Part shown: positions 1 to 8,921 of the stretch, piece by piece
Position numbering within the stretch: the first letter of the stretch is position 1
Layout of the letters: each line of letters opens with the position of its first letter
DNA from: a bacterium
Lineage (GTDB): Bacteria > Bacteroidota > Ignavibacteria > UBA10030
Direction: 5' to 3'
NCBI GenBank assembly: GCA_043803945.1
Contig: JAZDJN010000112.1
Coordinates: forward strand, 1-16,521
Length of the DNA: 16,521 nucleotides
The notes under the pieces: generated by a model
Told to the model about the DNA's origin: nothing
Database searches by the model: none
The model's input: only the letters and a program-made list of their open reading frames with translations
Program-made: the position numbers and the translations under genes

Positions 1-165
1 ACTACAGCGACCATGCCCTCCGCAAGGGGGTAGGTCGGCACTACATAGCACTTTTATAGAGAATCGCCTAATGCTCGCTCCATTCGCGGACTTTCATCAG
101 AAAATGATCAAAAATATTTTTGAACTGTCGAACTTGGGTTAGTAAAGGATTTTCCAAAGGGGAAA

Positions 166-426
166 TTGATCACCTCGGGCACTTATAGCATTTGCCGAAA
201 TCCAATCTATTCCAGTTTTATCTGGTTTATATTGCCGGCAATTTCATTGCTCACCTTCACCTGGGTGTATTGTATGGCAGCGCTATTCTTAGCTATCGGT
301 GTAATGATTTTTATTGGAAAGGAAGAACACCAACCCTTGCAAATCTTCGGAAAGGATTATTCCGATTATACGGCAACCGTCAGCAGAATTATTCCTTTCG
401 TAAAACCACAGTCAGGAATGAAATGA
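166..426 (+). pseudogene. 5'-truncated isoprenylcysteine carboxyl methyltransferase (ICMT/PEMT)-like membrane protein fragment
   Basis: Motif LITSGTYSICRNPIY followed by hydrophobic helices and EE..L...FGKDY..Y...V.R.IP, typical of the family's C-terminal half. An in-frame TGA at 121-123 leaves no room for the usual N-terminal half. Confidence 0.7.
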
Positions 427-818
427 CTTTATCTCGATCCACATCTTTGATCATTCACGCCTTCATCGGATGGGCGCTCTGTGCAGCCACCATGGGTGTT
501 GGAATGGCCACAACATCGCTGCAGAACGCATTGATTATTCATGCTGTCGCCGCGCCCATCATATTTATCCTAGTGTCTCTGAGCTACTTCAACCGGCCTG
601 GGAGTTACAGTCCGTTGACAGGAGCGCTCGCTTTTGTCATCTTCGTGATTGCAATAGATTTCTTTGTTGTTGCCTTGGTTATCAACCGAAGTCTCGAGAT
701 ATTCACGAGTTTGTTAGGAACCTGGATACCATTCGGATTGATATTCGCTTCGACCTATCTGACTGGATTGGCAAAGGCCCATGTCATTCACGCTTCAAAA
801 AGTGGAAACCCAGCCTAA
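423..818 (+). CDS. Hypothetical integral membrane protein (~131 aa, about 4 TM helices)
   Basis: ATG at 423 overlaps the upstream TGA (ATGA). Hydrophobic segments occur throughout. The ORF-track extension to 192 overlaps the upstream gene and is unlikely. Confidence 0.75.
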   Translation: MTLSRSTSLIIHAFIGWALCAATMGVGMATTSLQNALIIHAVAAPIIFILVSLSYFNRPGSYSPLTGALAFVIFVIAIDFFVVALVINRSLEIFTSLLGTWIPFGLIFASTYLTGLAKAHVIHASKSGNPA

Positions 819-848
819 TCATCGGCTCCCTATTGAAGGATTAAACAA

Positions 849-1469
849 TTGCTCGAATATCTCCTCATTGGTTGCGGGTTCGCCTTCGCAGCCGCTATTC
901 AACCTGGTCCTTTGCAAGCATTTCTTCTATCCAGCGTTGCGCAGAAAGGCTGGCAACGCACACTGCCTGCCTCTTTCGCTCCGCTTCTCAGTGACGGACC
1001 TATTGCACTTCTCGCTCTGTTTGTACTCAACCGCATCCCTGAAACAATGAGCGGGATTCTCCAGGCAGCAGGTGGTGTTTTTCTGGTCTATTTAGCCTGG
1101 GCGAGTTACAGTCGATGGAGACAACAGACCACGACGGAGTCCGACACCAACGACTCGGTGCCGCGCACACTATTGCATGCGGCCACAGTCAATATCCTCA
1201 ATCCCAATCCCTATCTCGGCTGGAGTTTAGTTCTAGGACCTGCTGTTTTAGCAGCATGGCACCAAAGTCCTACGCATGCTCTTGTGCTCATCATCGCCTT
1301 CTACGCAACGATGGTCACCGTCTTGGCGTGTACTATTTTTCTGTTTGGAACAACACGCTTCCTGGATCCTGGCAGCAGGCGTGTACTTATACTTTTGTCA
1401 GCGATAACGCTCGCAGTGCTTGGCGTGTATCAGTTCACGGCAGGTCTGCTGAGAGGAGCCGCGGCTTAA
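849..1469 (+). CDS. LysE/RhtB family translocator
   Basis: N-terminal PGP motif (IQPGPLQAFLL), later NILNPNPYL motif, ~206 aa, about 6 TM helices; TTG start after AAGGA. Confidence 0.85.
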   Translation: MLEYLLIGCGFAFAAAIQPGPLQAFLLSSVAQKGWQRTLPASFAPLLSDGPIALLALFVLNRIPETMSGILQAAGGVFLVYLAWASYSRWRQQTTTESDTNDSVPRTLLHAATVNILNPNPYLGWSLVLGPAVLAAWHQSPTHALVLIIAFYATMVTVLACTIFLFGTTRFLDPGSRRVLILLSAITLAVLGVYQFTAGLLRGAAA

Positions 1470-1595
1470 CATACTCTATCGATGCTATATGTTGAAAGTC
1501 ATCACTAGTGAATATTCTGCAAGGAAATATTGTACCGCCTCAGCAAAGAGTGAAAGAGCAGCGACGCTGGCAGGAGAGAATCGCACTCAGGGGCA

Positions 1596-1720
1596 AGACA
1601 CACAGTTGTTAGCCCTGCGAAAGTGAGGACCCAGTGTCTTTGAAGAAAGCAAAGAGCCGATAAATAAGGCACTGGACGCTCGCTTGTGCGAGCGAGACAC
1701 AGTGTTCGAGAATGAGACAT
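1596..1720. repeat. Degenerate copy of the A/B palindromic doublet repeat found at 8922-9863
   Basis: A-like 27-mer GTTAGCCCTGCGAAAGTGAGGACCCAG (1608-1634), a 37-nt spacer containing CTTTGAAGAAAG, and B-like 27-mer CTGGACGCTCGCTTGTGCGAGCGAGAC (1672-1698). Flanked by B-tail remnants AGACACACAGTT and GTTCGAGAATGAGACAT. Confidence 0.85.
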
Positions 1721-1797
1721 AGTTCTGTCGCGCCTTTAAAAAGCTAAGGTAACCAAGAAGTTAAAATTCCATAATTATCATACTCTCGGGAGGAGTT

Positions 1798-1890
1798 ATG
1801 AACACTATTCAGATGTACTATCTCTATATCATGGCGAGTAAACGCAATGGGACATTATATATAGGAATTACCAAGGATGAGGTGGCATAA
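1798..1890 (+). pseudogene. Truncated GIY-YIG nuclease (N-terminal ~27 aa only)
   Basis: RBS GGAGGAG, then MNTIQMYYLYIMASKRNGTLYIGITKDEVA*, closely matching FYVYIMASKRNGTLYVGVTND of 9348-9665. Not in the ORF track because it is too short. Confidence 0.85.
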
Positions 1891-2183
1891 TGAATCCAGT
1901 CGAATATACCAAGGCATTAAGGAACATCGCTGCTATCTCCTGGATAGGATTGCTCTTCGTTGTCCTCGGTCTTGTATGGCTCGAGATTATTCCTTTCAGC
2001 GAATTTCTTCCCTTTGTTGTGCTGATCATCGGTGCAATTCCTATCGGTTGGTTCATGCTCCGCAATAAAGCACATTGTGAAACCTGCGGTTCGGAGATGA
2101 AAATATCCTCCGGTTTTCCAACGCTTGTGTATCGATGCAAAAAGTGCGGCGTGGAGGTGAATACTGGTATTTCTTCGGATTAG
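1890..2183 (+). CDS. Small membrane protein with C-terminal zinc-ribbon-like domain
   Basis: GAGGTG RBS; two TM helices, then CETC...CKKC. Confidence 0.7.
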   Translation: MNPVEYTKALRNIAAISWIGLLFVVLGLVWLEIIPFSEFLPFVVLIIGAIPIGWFMLRNKAHCETCGSEMKISSGFPTLVYRCKKCGVEVNTGISSD

Positions 2184-2339
2184 TGAGCTCTTTGGGCCTG
2201 TTTTTCCCGATGTATCTCTGTCCGGTCATTTTCGTAGAATTCAAGTAAGGTTTTTAATATTCAGGATGGTTTTCATCCAAAGAACAACACATGAGTTTCT
2301 GACACGCATTGGCGCGGCTGGAAAGAAAGGCAAGCTCAT

Positions 2340-2612
2340 ATGTCTATAAGTATCCTCCTTGGTGTATTAGCAGTTCTCTGTGCACTGGGTTCGGTGTTTA
2401 CCGGCGTACAAATTGCCAATGATCTCAAGGCCCGGGGAATTCCGGCAAACCCGGCGCTTGTGCGCTGGATGATATTCAAGTATATGGCAGAGTACAGGCG
2501 CATCACGCTGAAGGAAACAGGAACCATCGGGCCTCTCTACACCAGATGTGCAAACATCTCAGCGCTGGCAGCGCTGTTCGCCATCGCTGCAGTTCTGACA
2601 AAGGTGTTATAA
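2340..2612 (+). CDS. Hypothetical small membrane protein
   Basis: 90-aa ORF with N- and C-terminal hydrophobic helices, co-oriented with neighbours. Confidence 0.65.
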   Translation: MSISILLGVLAVLCALGSVFTGVQIANDLKARGIPANPALVRWMIFKYMAEYRRITLKETGTIGPLYTRCANISALAALFAIAAVLTKVL

Positions 2613-2663
2613 CTATGAGATAGGGAAAAACAGGTTCAGATGTATAGATTTAAGGAGAACGCC

Positions 2664-2837
2664 ATGTCGAACGAGAAAGTACAGTACAAGATGTTTCGGG
2701 GTGTGCTTGCTTCCTGGAATAACCTCTTTCTACAAGCTGCTGGGTTTGCTTCCAGCATTCCACCCGAAAAACTCATTTCTATTTCCCACAGTGCAGATAA
2801 TCTTGATAGAGTTGTTACCGTATGGTATCGGGAGTAG
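2664..2837 (+). CDS. Hypothetical small protein (~57 aa)
   Basis: AAGGAG RBS before ATG of MSNEKVQYKMFRG...VVTVWYRE. Confidence 0.6.
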   Translation: MSNEKVQYKMFRGVLASWNNLFLQAAGFASSIPPEKLISISHSADNLDRVVTVWYRE

Positions 2838-2841
2838 AACC

Positions 2842-3743
2842 ATGCACGCACTACAATTTCTTGCCATCGTCATCATTACTGGACTGATTTCTGTCATTCC
2901 GATCCATAAATGTGGGAGAGAAGATCCAAGTTGCACCAAAGGATCAGGGAACAATTCCTCTCAGCATTATTCGATGCTGAACACTTCCGATCATTTCGTT
3001 GCACCATTGTGATGGCAGCCCGAAACGGACTCATTCTGGTTGGAAACAATGAAGACAGAAATTATACAAAGACGGTTGTCACTTTCGTTCCTGCAACGCC
3101 GAACTATTACGGCAGGATCATTTTTGGTTACGACGATGGCCCGATGCAAGGAGGGATGAACGATCAGGGATTGTTTATCGACGGCAACGCGCTTGCACCA
3201 ACCGGCTGGAAACCCGACTCAGCTAAACGAACATACCCGATGAATATCCTGATGAGCATTCTGGCGACATGTGCAACTTGTCAAGATGTAAAGGCTCTCT
3301 TCGAACAATACAACGTTCCCGGGCTTAACCGTGCCCGGTTTCCTGTTGCCGATCGGACAGGTGCATCGATGGTTGTTGAATACGGAGAGGGCCGAGTCCA
3401 GTTTGTCCGAAGCAATACATGGTACCAGATTGCGACGAACTTTGTGATCTCCAATATCAAGAATGGTGAGTATCCCTGTTGGCGTTACCGCACTGCAGAT
3501 TCAATGCTCTCAACTTCTCAAGGATTGAGCGTGGACCTTATTCGGAACATACTCGATGCAACCCATCAGGAAGGCAACGGTTTGACAGTGTATTCCAACA
3601 TCTACGACCTGAAGAACGGAATGATTCATCTCTACAACCTCAGCAATTTCAATGATGTTGTTGTGATGAGTCTTTCTGAGGAATTGAAAAAAGGGCAAAG
3701 ACGGATCGAACTCCCTGCCCTGTTTCAACAAGCCCGGCAGTAA
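2842..3743 (+). pseudogene. Ntn-hydrolase (choloylglycine hydrolase / C45-like), apparently frameshifted between signal peptide and catalytic Cys
   Basis: The 2910-3743 frame has CTIVM...LVGNNED, GGMNDQGL, IATNF, R(Y)R and TVYSNIYDL motifs. The RBS plus signal-peptide-like MHALQFLAIVIITGLISV starts at 2842 in another frame and stops at 3012. Confidence 0.65.
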
Positions 3744-3794
3744 ACAGCATTCCCGCTTACACGAGTGAGTAAGCTGAAGGGAGACTGAAATACA

Positions 3795-4340
3795 ATGTTA
3801 CTCTGGTACGTTCTCTACACACTCGCCCTGGTGTTGTTTTCCTTCCTCGTATTCCGTGTCGTTGTGCGAAGAGACTATCGTAAAAGAGGCCGGTTGGGAC
3901 TGGTGTCGACGACGCTTGAGACTTTGATCTGGTTACCGTTCTTCACGTTCCCGTATATCTTCAAACTGCCTGCCCGGTCGGATTTTTGGAAGCTCGACTC
4001 GATTGGATCGGTACTCATCGTCATCGGTATCGTCTCGGTTATTGTGATCATGGGGTCATTGGGGTTCAGCCGTTCATTTGGTCAGCAGGTGAACACTTTG
4101 CGATCCCGGGGGCCATACAAGGTAACCCGAAATCCACAGATTATTACCGGCTCCCTGATTGTCTTTGGTACAGTGTTGTGCTGGCCCTCCTGGTATGGGC
4201 TCGGCTGGATTCTCCTCTATGGTGTTATGGCGCACGTGATGGTTATAACGGAAGAGGAACACCTCCGCGATGTGTTTGGTGAAGGGTATCTTGAGTACTG
4301 CCGGCAAGTACCGAGATACCTTCGATTGAAAAACCGATAA
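3795..4340 (+). CDS. ICMT/PEMT family membrane methyltransferase
   Basis: LRSRGPYKVTRNPQ motif and EEEHLRDVFGEGYLEYCRQVPRY C-terminus; multiple TM helices. Confidence 0.85.
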   Translation: MLLWYVLYTLALVLFSFLVFRVVVRRDYRKRGRLGLVSTTLETLIWLPFFTFPYIFKLPARSDFWKLDSIGSVLIVIGIVSVIVIMGSLGFSRSFGQQVNTLRSRGPYKVTRNPQIITGSLIVFGTVLCWPSWYGLGWILLYGVMAHVMVITEEEHLRDVFGEGYLEYCRQVPRYLRLKNR

Positions 4341-4378
4341 AAGACTTTTTCGTTTCTATTCGACGTGGAGTACACACC

Positions 4379-4657
4379 ATGAAACATCTTGCACCTCTGA
4401 GAATTCTTCTCTCTCTTCTCATGATCGGAAGTTCTCTTAATTGCTCTCAATCGAACTTGCCGTTCACGGATCGGCTGCAAAAGGCATTGGACGATAACAG
4501 ACAGGAGGTGCGGCGTGCCGTTGTTTTGGCGCTTATGGATTTTGAATCGGACAAAACTACGGAAGCACTTCAACAAGCGTTAAAGGATAGTGATTTTGAG
4601 GTGCGGATGTACGCCGAAGAGGCATTAAAGAAAATCAGAACGAAAGGACATAATTAG
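4379..4657 (+). CDS. Small HEAT-repeat protein with lipoprotein-like signal
   Basis: GGAG RBS; hydrophobic N-terminus ending in Cys; two HEAT-like units, ALDDNRQEVRRAVVLAL and ALKDSDFEVRMYAEEAL. Confidence 0.7.
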   Translation: MKHLAPLRILLSLLMIGSSLNCSQSNLPFTDRLQKALDDNRQEVRRAVVLALMDFESDKTTEALQQALKDSDFEVRMYAEEALKKIRTKGHN

Positions 4658-4794
4658 CACACATTGAGTAAATGAAAAAGATTTGCCGCCCTGCCTTCGG
4701 CAGGCAAGCAAAAGCGCCAGGAAAAAATATTAAGGTTTTTGAGTTCCTTTCAGCGTACTCTATAAAAACCGACTCAATATTGATTTGTTACGTT

Positions 4795-4990
4795 GAACTC
4801 CCTACGGAGTTCATTAATGCCTTCTGCTATTCTTACAAACATTAGACTCCTACGGAGTCATCCTTAGCCTCTACAAAAGCAGAATAATCCCGTAGGCCTG
4901 CCTGCCGCTTTGCCCGACGTAGGAGGGCAGGCAGGGATTAAACGTTTGTAACACTGATGAGAATAAGCATTCAGAACTCCAGAGGAGTTC
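4795..4990. repeat. Cluster of short REP-like hairpins in nested inverted arrangement
   Basis: GAACTCCCTACGGAGTTC (4795-4812), GACTCCTACGGAGTC (4845-4859), AATCCCGTAGG[insert]GATT (4886-4939), GAACTCCAGAGGAGTTC (4974-4990); flanks TTACAAACA / CGTTTGTAA are inverted. Confidence 0.7.
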
Positions 4991-5263
4991 CACTTAATAG
5001 AGTTATTCTGGGCAAATTCTATCACAACAAATACAATCTAATGATGGTGAGCAATTATATATTTTTCATAGTTCATGATAAGAATCTTTGCATCCCTTGT
5101 GTCCTTTGCGGTTCGATAGACAGTTTTAAGAAAATACAACGGTGGCACCAAACCTCTTGAATCAATCAGCCGATAGTGTGTAACATTTATAAATGCCTGC
5201 GTAAGAAAGAGAGAATGTGACCAGGAATTGCAGGATTCTGATAACCCTTTTGCTGGAGTGAAG

Positions 5264-6208
5264 ATGAATGTTCAATACATTGATCCGTTATCGCGAGGAT
5301 TTGAGCGGATGAAGAGTGCTCTCTTTCAACCGTTCGATCCGAAAATTTGGTTTGTGGTTGGATTTACGGCATTTCTCGCCGGTTTGACTGACTATCATCG
5401 CGGTGGAGACACCGGTTTTAAAAACCGGGGCAGTGTCAACTGGGAGGACATTTTATACCTCCCGGAAAAAATATGGGAATGGCTTATCAATAATCCCCTC
5501 TGGTTTACACTTGTCATTATTGCCATGGTGGTGATCATTATTCTTGCTGTGTTGTTTACCTGGTTGAGCTCCAGAGGGAAGTTTATGTTTCTGGACAACG
5601 TCATTCATCGTCGTGCTCTGGTCGTTGCTCCATGGCACGAGTATCGGAGAGAAGGCAATTCACTGTTTGTCTGGAGTTTCTCTTTCGGACTTCTGGCCTT
5701 CGGTATCATCGTTGTGTATGTCGTAACCTGTTTTCTCTCGTTGTATGGTCTGTATGAAGGAACCAATGATAGCGGCCTCCTCATAGCGCCGGCAATCTTT
5801 ATGGGTCTCGGTCTCATCACAATGTTCCTCCTGATAAGTTTTATCGAACTGCTTCTCGAAGATTTTATTGTACCGATCATGTACAAAAACAGAGTATCCA
5901 TGGTAGAAGCATTGCGATTGTTCTTCCCTCTCCTTGTTGCACATTTTTTCCGGTTCTTTGCGTATGCGCTTCTGGTTCTTTTGGTGACGGTGTTCCTCAT
6001 AGCCGGAATTGTTATGGTCGGCCTTCTCACATGCTGCATCGGATTTTTGGTACTCATTATTCCGTATATCAACGCTGTGGTGCTCCTGCCAATTTCGTAT
6101 ACGATGCGTGCATTCAGCGTTGAATTCCTGGAGCAGTTTGGACCGGAGTATCACTTCTTCCCAAGACGAGCAACGAACCCGGCCACAACAGAGACAACAA
6201 CGTCATAG
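5264..6208 (+). CDS. Multi-pass membrane protein of unknown function
   Basis: GGAG RBS before ATG 5264; about 6 TM helices, LTCCIG motif; first gene of an apparent operon. Confidence 0.8.
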   Translation: MNVQYIDPLSRGFERMKSALFQPFDPKIWFVVGFTAFLAGLTDYHRGGDTGFKNRGSVNWEDILYLPEKIWEWLINNPLWFTLVIIAMVVIIILAVLFTWLSSRGKFMFLDNVIHRRALVVAPWHEYRREGNSLFVWSFSFGLLAFGIIVVYVVTCFLSLYGLYEGTNDSGLLIAPAIFMGLGLITMFLLISFIELLLEDFIVPIMYKNRVSMVEALRLFFPLLVAHFFRFFAYALLVLLVTVFLIAGIVMVGLLTCCIGFLVLIIPYINAVVLLPISYTMRAFSVEFLEQFGPEYHFFPRRATNPATTETTTS

Positions 6209-6217
6209 GTGAAAACA

Positions 6218-6631
6218 ATGCAGATTTCCCGGACTAAGACTCTTTCACCGAATCAGCGCTTAACGAAAATTCTCCTCGCGGCAGGACTTATCCTCGTGAT
6301 GGCAGCGCTCTTCATCGTACCGCTCGATAACTTTCAGTCCTGCGCATTTCACTCGCTGACAGGGTATAGCTGTCTGACCTGCGGCATGACCCGCTCTCTC
6401 CATGCCATTTTGCATGGCGACCTCGTTGGGTCCCTGCGGTTTCATCTGTTCGGACCGATCCTGTTTCTATGCGTGTTACTGTTTTCCATCGTGTTGTGGC
6501 TGGAGATCGTTTCAGGGAGGGGATTGAAACTGAAAACAACAAGAGGGCATTTAAAACACTTCACCGTGCTCTTTCTTGTGTTCTGGCTTGTATATTGGGC
6601 GGGACGTATCTTGACAGAGCTTATCGCTTGA
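6218..6631 (+). CDS. DUF2752-like membrane protein
   Basis: C.FH.LTGY.C..CGMTRS motif plus TM helices; AGGTG RBS before ATG 6218 (GTG 6209 is an alternative start). Confidence 0.8.
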   Translation: MQISRTKTLSPNQRLTKILLAAGLILVMAALFIVPLDNFQSCAFHSLTGYSCLTCGMTRSLHAILHGDLVGSLRFHLFGPILFLCVLLFSIVLWLEIVSGRGLKLKTTRGHLKHFTVLFLVFWLVYWAGRILTELIA

Positions 6632-6686
6632 TAATGGATATTTGATAGGATCAAGATCCTTCCAGAATTGAAAAGGGATTTGTTCT

Positions 6687-7598
6687 ATGGGAGCAATTGA
6701 ATTACGGAATATCACGAAAACCTTCGGCAAACATCTTGCAGTGAATAATCTTTCCCTCGCAGTGCCTTCGGGAAGCGTGTATGGATTCATTGGGCCAAAT
6801 GGATCGGGCAAGACAACGACATTGCGGATGATCATGAATATTATTCCCCCGGATTCAGGTGAGATTCTGGTGCTTGGATCACACGTGTCGGCCGCCAGTA
6901 CAGACCGTGTCGGCTATATGCCTGAGGAACGCGGGCTCTACAGGCGGATGAAAGTAAAAGAACTGCTGCAGTTTTTTGGCAGCCTGAAAAGTGAGAATCA
7001 TGTAAAAGCGAGAGTTGATCAATGGTTACAGCGGCTCGACCTCACCGAATGGGCGAATAAGAAAGTTGAGACGCTCAGCAAGGGAATGGCACAGAAGGTT
7101 CAGTTTATTGCCACAGTTGTTTCCCAACCTGAGCTTGTGCTCCTCGATGAACCGTTTACTGGCCTCGATCCGGTCAATACCGATGTGATCAAAGATGCCA
7201 TTCTGGAACTTCATGCGCAGGGGACAACCGTCATCTTCAGCACACACGATATGAGCATGGCAGAAAAGATGTGCGATTTTATTTTCATGATTTTTAAGGG
7301 AAACAAAGTGCTCGATGGAACCCTCAGCTCGATTCAGGACAACTACGGCACCGATACACTTCGTGTAAGAACAGGCAATGGCGTCAGTGCACTTCAGAAT
7401 CTCCCCGGCATCGATAAGATTAATGACTTCGGGCAGCTTCAGGAATTACATCTTGCTCCCCATGGAGATCCGCAAAAAATTCTGCAGGAAATTCTGATGC
7501 GAACGACTGTTCAAAGTTTCGATATTACAAGACCCTCGTTGCATGACATTTTTATCAGAATTGCCAGGCCTGAGGCAAAGGAGGTCTCCCATGCGTAA
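6687..7598 (+). CDS. ABC-2 type exporter ATP-binding subunit (NatA/YhaQ-like)
   Basis: Walker A GPNGSGKTT, signature LSKGM, Walker B LVLLDEP, H-loop FSTH, C-terminal PSLHDIF. Confidence 0.95.
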   Translation: MGAIELRNITKTFGKHLAVNNLSLAVPSGSVYGFIGPNGSGKTTTLRMIMNIIPPDSGEILVLGSHVSAASTDRVGYMPEERGLYRRMKVKELLQFFGSLKSENHVKARVDQWLQRLDLTEWANKKVETLSKGMAQKVQFIATVVSQPELVLLDEPFTGLDPVNTDVIKDAILELHAQGTTVIFSTHDMSMAEKMCDFIFMIFKGNKVLDGTLSSIQDNYGTDTLRVRTGNGVSALQNLPGIDKINDFGQLQELHLAPHGDPQKILQEILMRTTVQSFDITRPSLHDIFIRIARPEAKEVSHA

Positions 7599-8907
7599 AA
7601 TACTCTTGTTTGCTATGCGTGAATATAAAGCGGCAGTGAAAACGAAAGGATTCATTATAGGGCTTATTCTTGCACCATTGGTGATGGGAGGGGGGATGAT
7701 TGCGTTTTTCCTCATGAAAGACCGTATTGATACGGATGATAAACGACTTGCCATCGTTGACCGTACTGGAAAAATTGCACAAATACTGATCGAAGCCGCA
7801 AAGGATCGAAATGAGAAAAGAATTGTTGACGAGACAACCGGAAAAAAGATCAAGCCCGCGTATCTCTTCGAAGTCGTACCGCCGAACAATGGAGACCCGA
7901 AAGGACAGCGCCTTGAACTCTCTGACCGTGTGAGAAACGGCAGCTTGTTTGCGTTCGTTGATATCGGTGCAAAGGTAATCCATCCGGGGGGCGACAGGGA
8001 TGCATCCAGCATTTCTTACTACGCGAAAAATGCAGCGATCGATGATCTTCGAAGCTGGCTTAGCGGACCCATCAATGTCCGTCTTCGCGAACTCCGGCTG
8101 GCAGATGCGGGCTTGAAAGAATCCGATATCAAAGACCTGTTTTACTGGGTAGGTGTTGACGGGCTTGGATTACTGTCGGTGGATAAGGAAACTGGAAAGA
8201 TTGAAGATGCACGGTCGGCAAGCCCGATCGAAGCACTTCTCATCCCCATCGTGATTATGATGCTCATGTTTTTAATGATTATGATGAGCGTTCCGGGAAT
8301 GCTGCATTCTGTGATGGAGGAGAAAACGCAGCGCATTGCTGAAGTGTTGTTGGGTTCAATCAAACCATTTGAATTCATGATGGCCAAAGTGTTAGGCGGT
8401 ATTGCCGTATCACTGACAAGCTCGGCGGTGTACATCGTTGGCGGAATTCTTGTTGTACAGTATATGGGCTATTCAGACTATGTTCCCTACCATGTAATTC
8501 CATGGTTTATCGCGTACATGCTTCTTGCCATTATCATGTTTGGTGCATGGTCGGCGGCATTAGGTTCGACCTGCAGCGAAGCGAAAGACGCTCAATCCTT
8601 AAGTTTCCCTTCAATGCTTCCTGCATTGTTTCCCATGTTCATCTATGTCCCCATTGCACGAGAACCGCTGGGAAGCTTCGCCACAGGGATGTCGTTGTTC
8701 CCTCCTTTCACGCCTCTGCTTATGACGCTCCGGCTTTGTACACCAGGCAGTGTGCCGCCATGGCAGCCGTATGCCGGTTTGCTGGGTGTGTTGTTGTTCA
8801 CACTCTTCTTTGTCTGGGTTGGCGGCCGTATTTTCCGTGTAGCAATTCTCATGCAAGGAACGCCGCCGAAACTGACCAATATTATTCGCTGGGCGATTCG
8901 TGGATGA
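7591..8907 (+). CDS. ABC-2 type exporter permease (NatB/YhaP-like)
   Basis: AAGGAGG RBS, overlap with the ATPase stop; REY..AVKTKGF, large extracytoplasmic loop, EEKTQRIAEVLL, PPFTP motifs. Confidence 0.92.
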   Translation: MRKILLFAMREYKAAVKTKGFIIGLILAPLVMGGGMIAFFLMKDRIDTDDKRLAIVDRTGKIAQILIEAAKDRNEKRIVDETTGKKIKPAYLFEVVPPNNGDPKGQRLELSDRVRNGSLFAFVDIGAKVIHPGGDRDASSISYYAKNAAIDDLRSWLSGPINVRLRELRLADAGLKESDIKDLFYWVGVDGLGLLSVDKETGKIEDARSASPIEALLIPIVIMMLMFLMIMMSVPGMLHSVMEEKTQRIAEVLLGSIKPFEFMMAKVLGGIAVSLTSSAVYIVGGILVVQYMGYSDYVPYHVIPWFIAYMLLAIIMFGAWSAALGSTCSEAKDAQSLSFPSMLPALFPMFIYVPIAREPLGSFATGMSLFPPFTPLLMTLRLCTPGSVPPWQPYAGLLGVLLFTLFFVWVGGRIFRVAILMQGTPPKLTNIIRWAIRG

Positions 8908-8921
8908 GAATAAACATCTTT

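Noticed and set aside
192-422. N-terminal extension of the 423-818 gene
   Set aside because: Overlaps the ICMT fragment in another frame; the ATGA-coupled start at 423 is more plausible.
1464-1614. Integron attC site (GCTTAAC ... GTTAGCC)
   Set aside because: No pairing L boxes; GTTAGCC is better explained as the start of a degenerate A repeat; no integrase is seen.
4957-5160. 67-aa ORF
   Set aside because: Runs through repeat-derived intergenic DNA with no RBS or motif.
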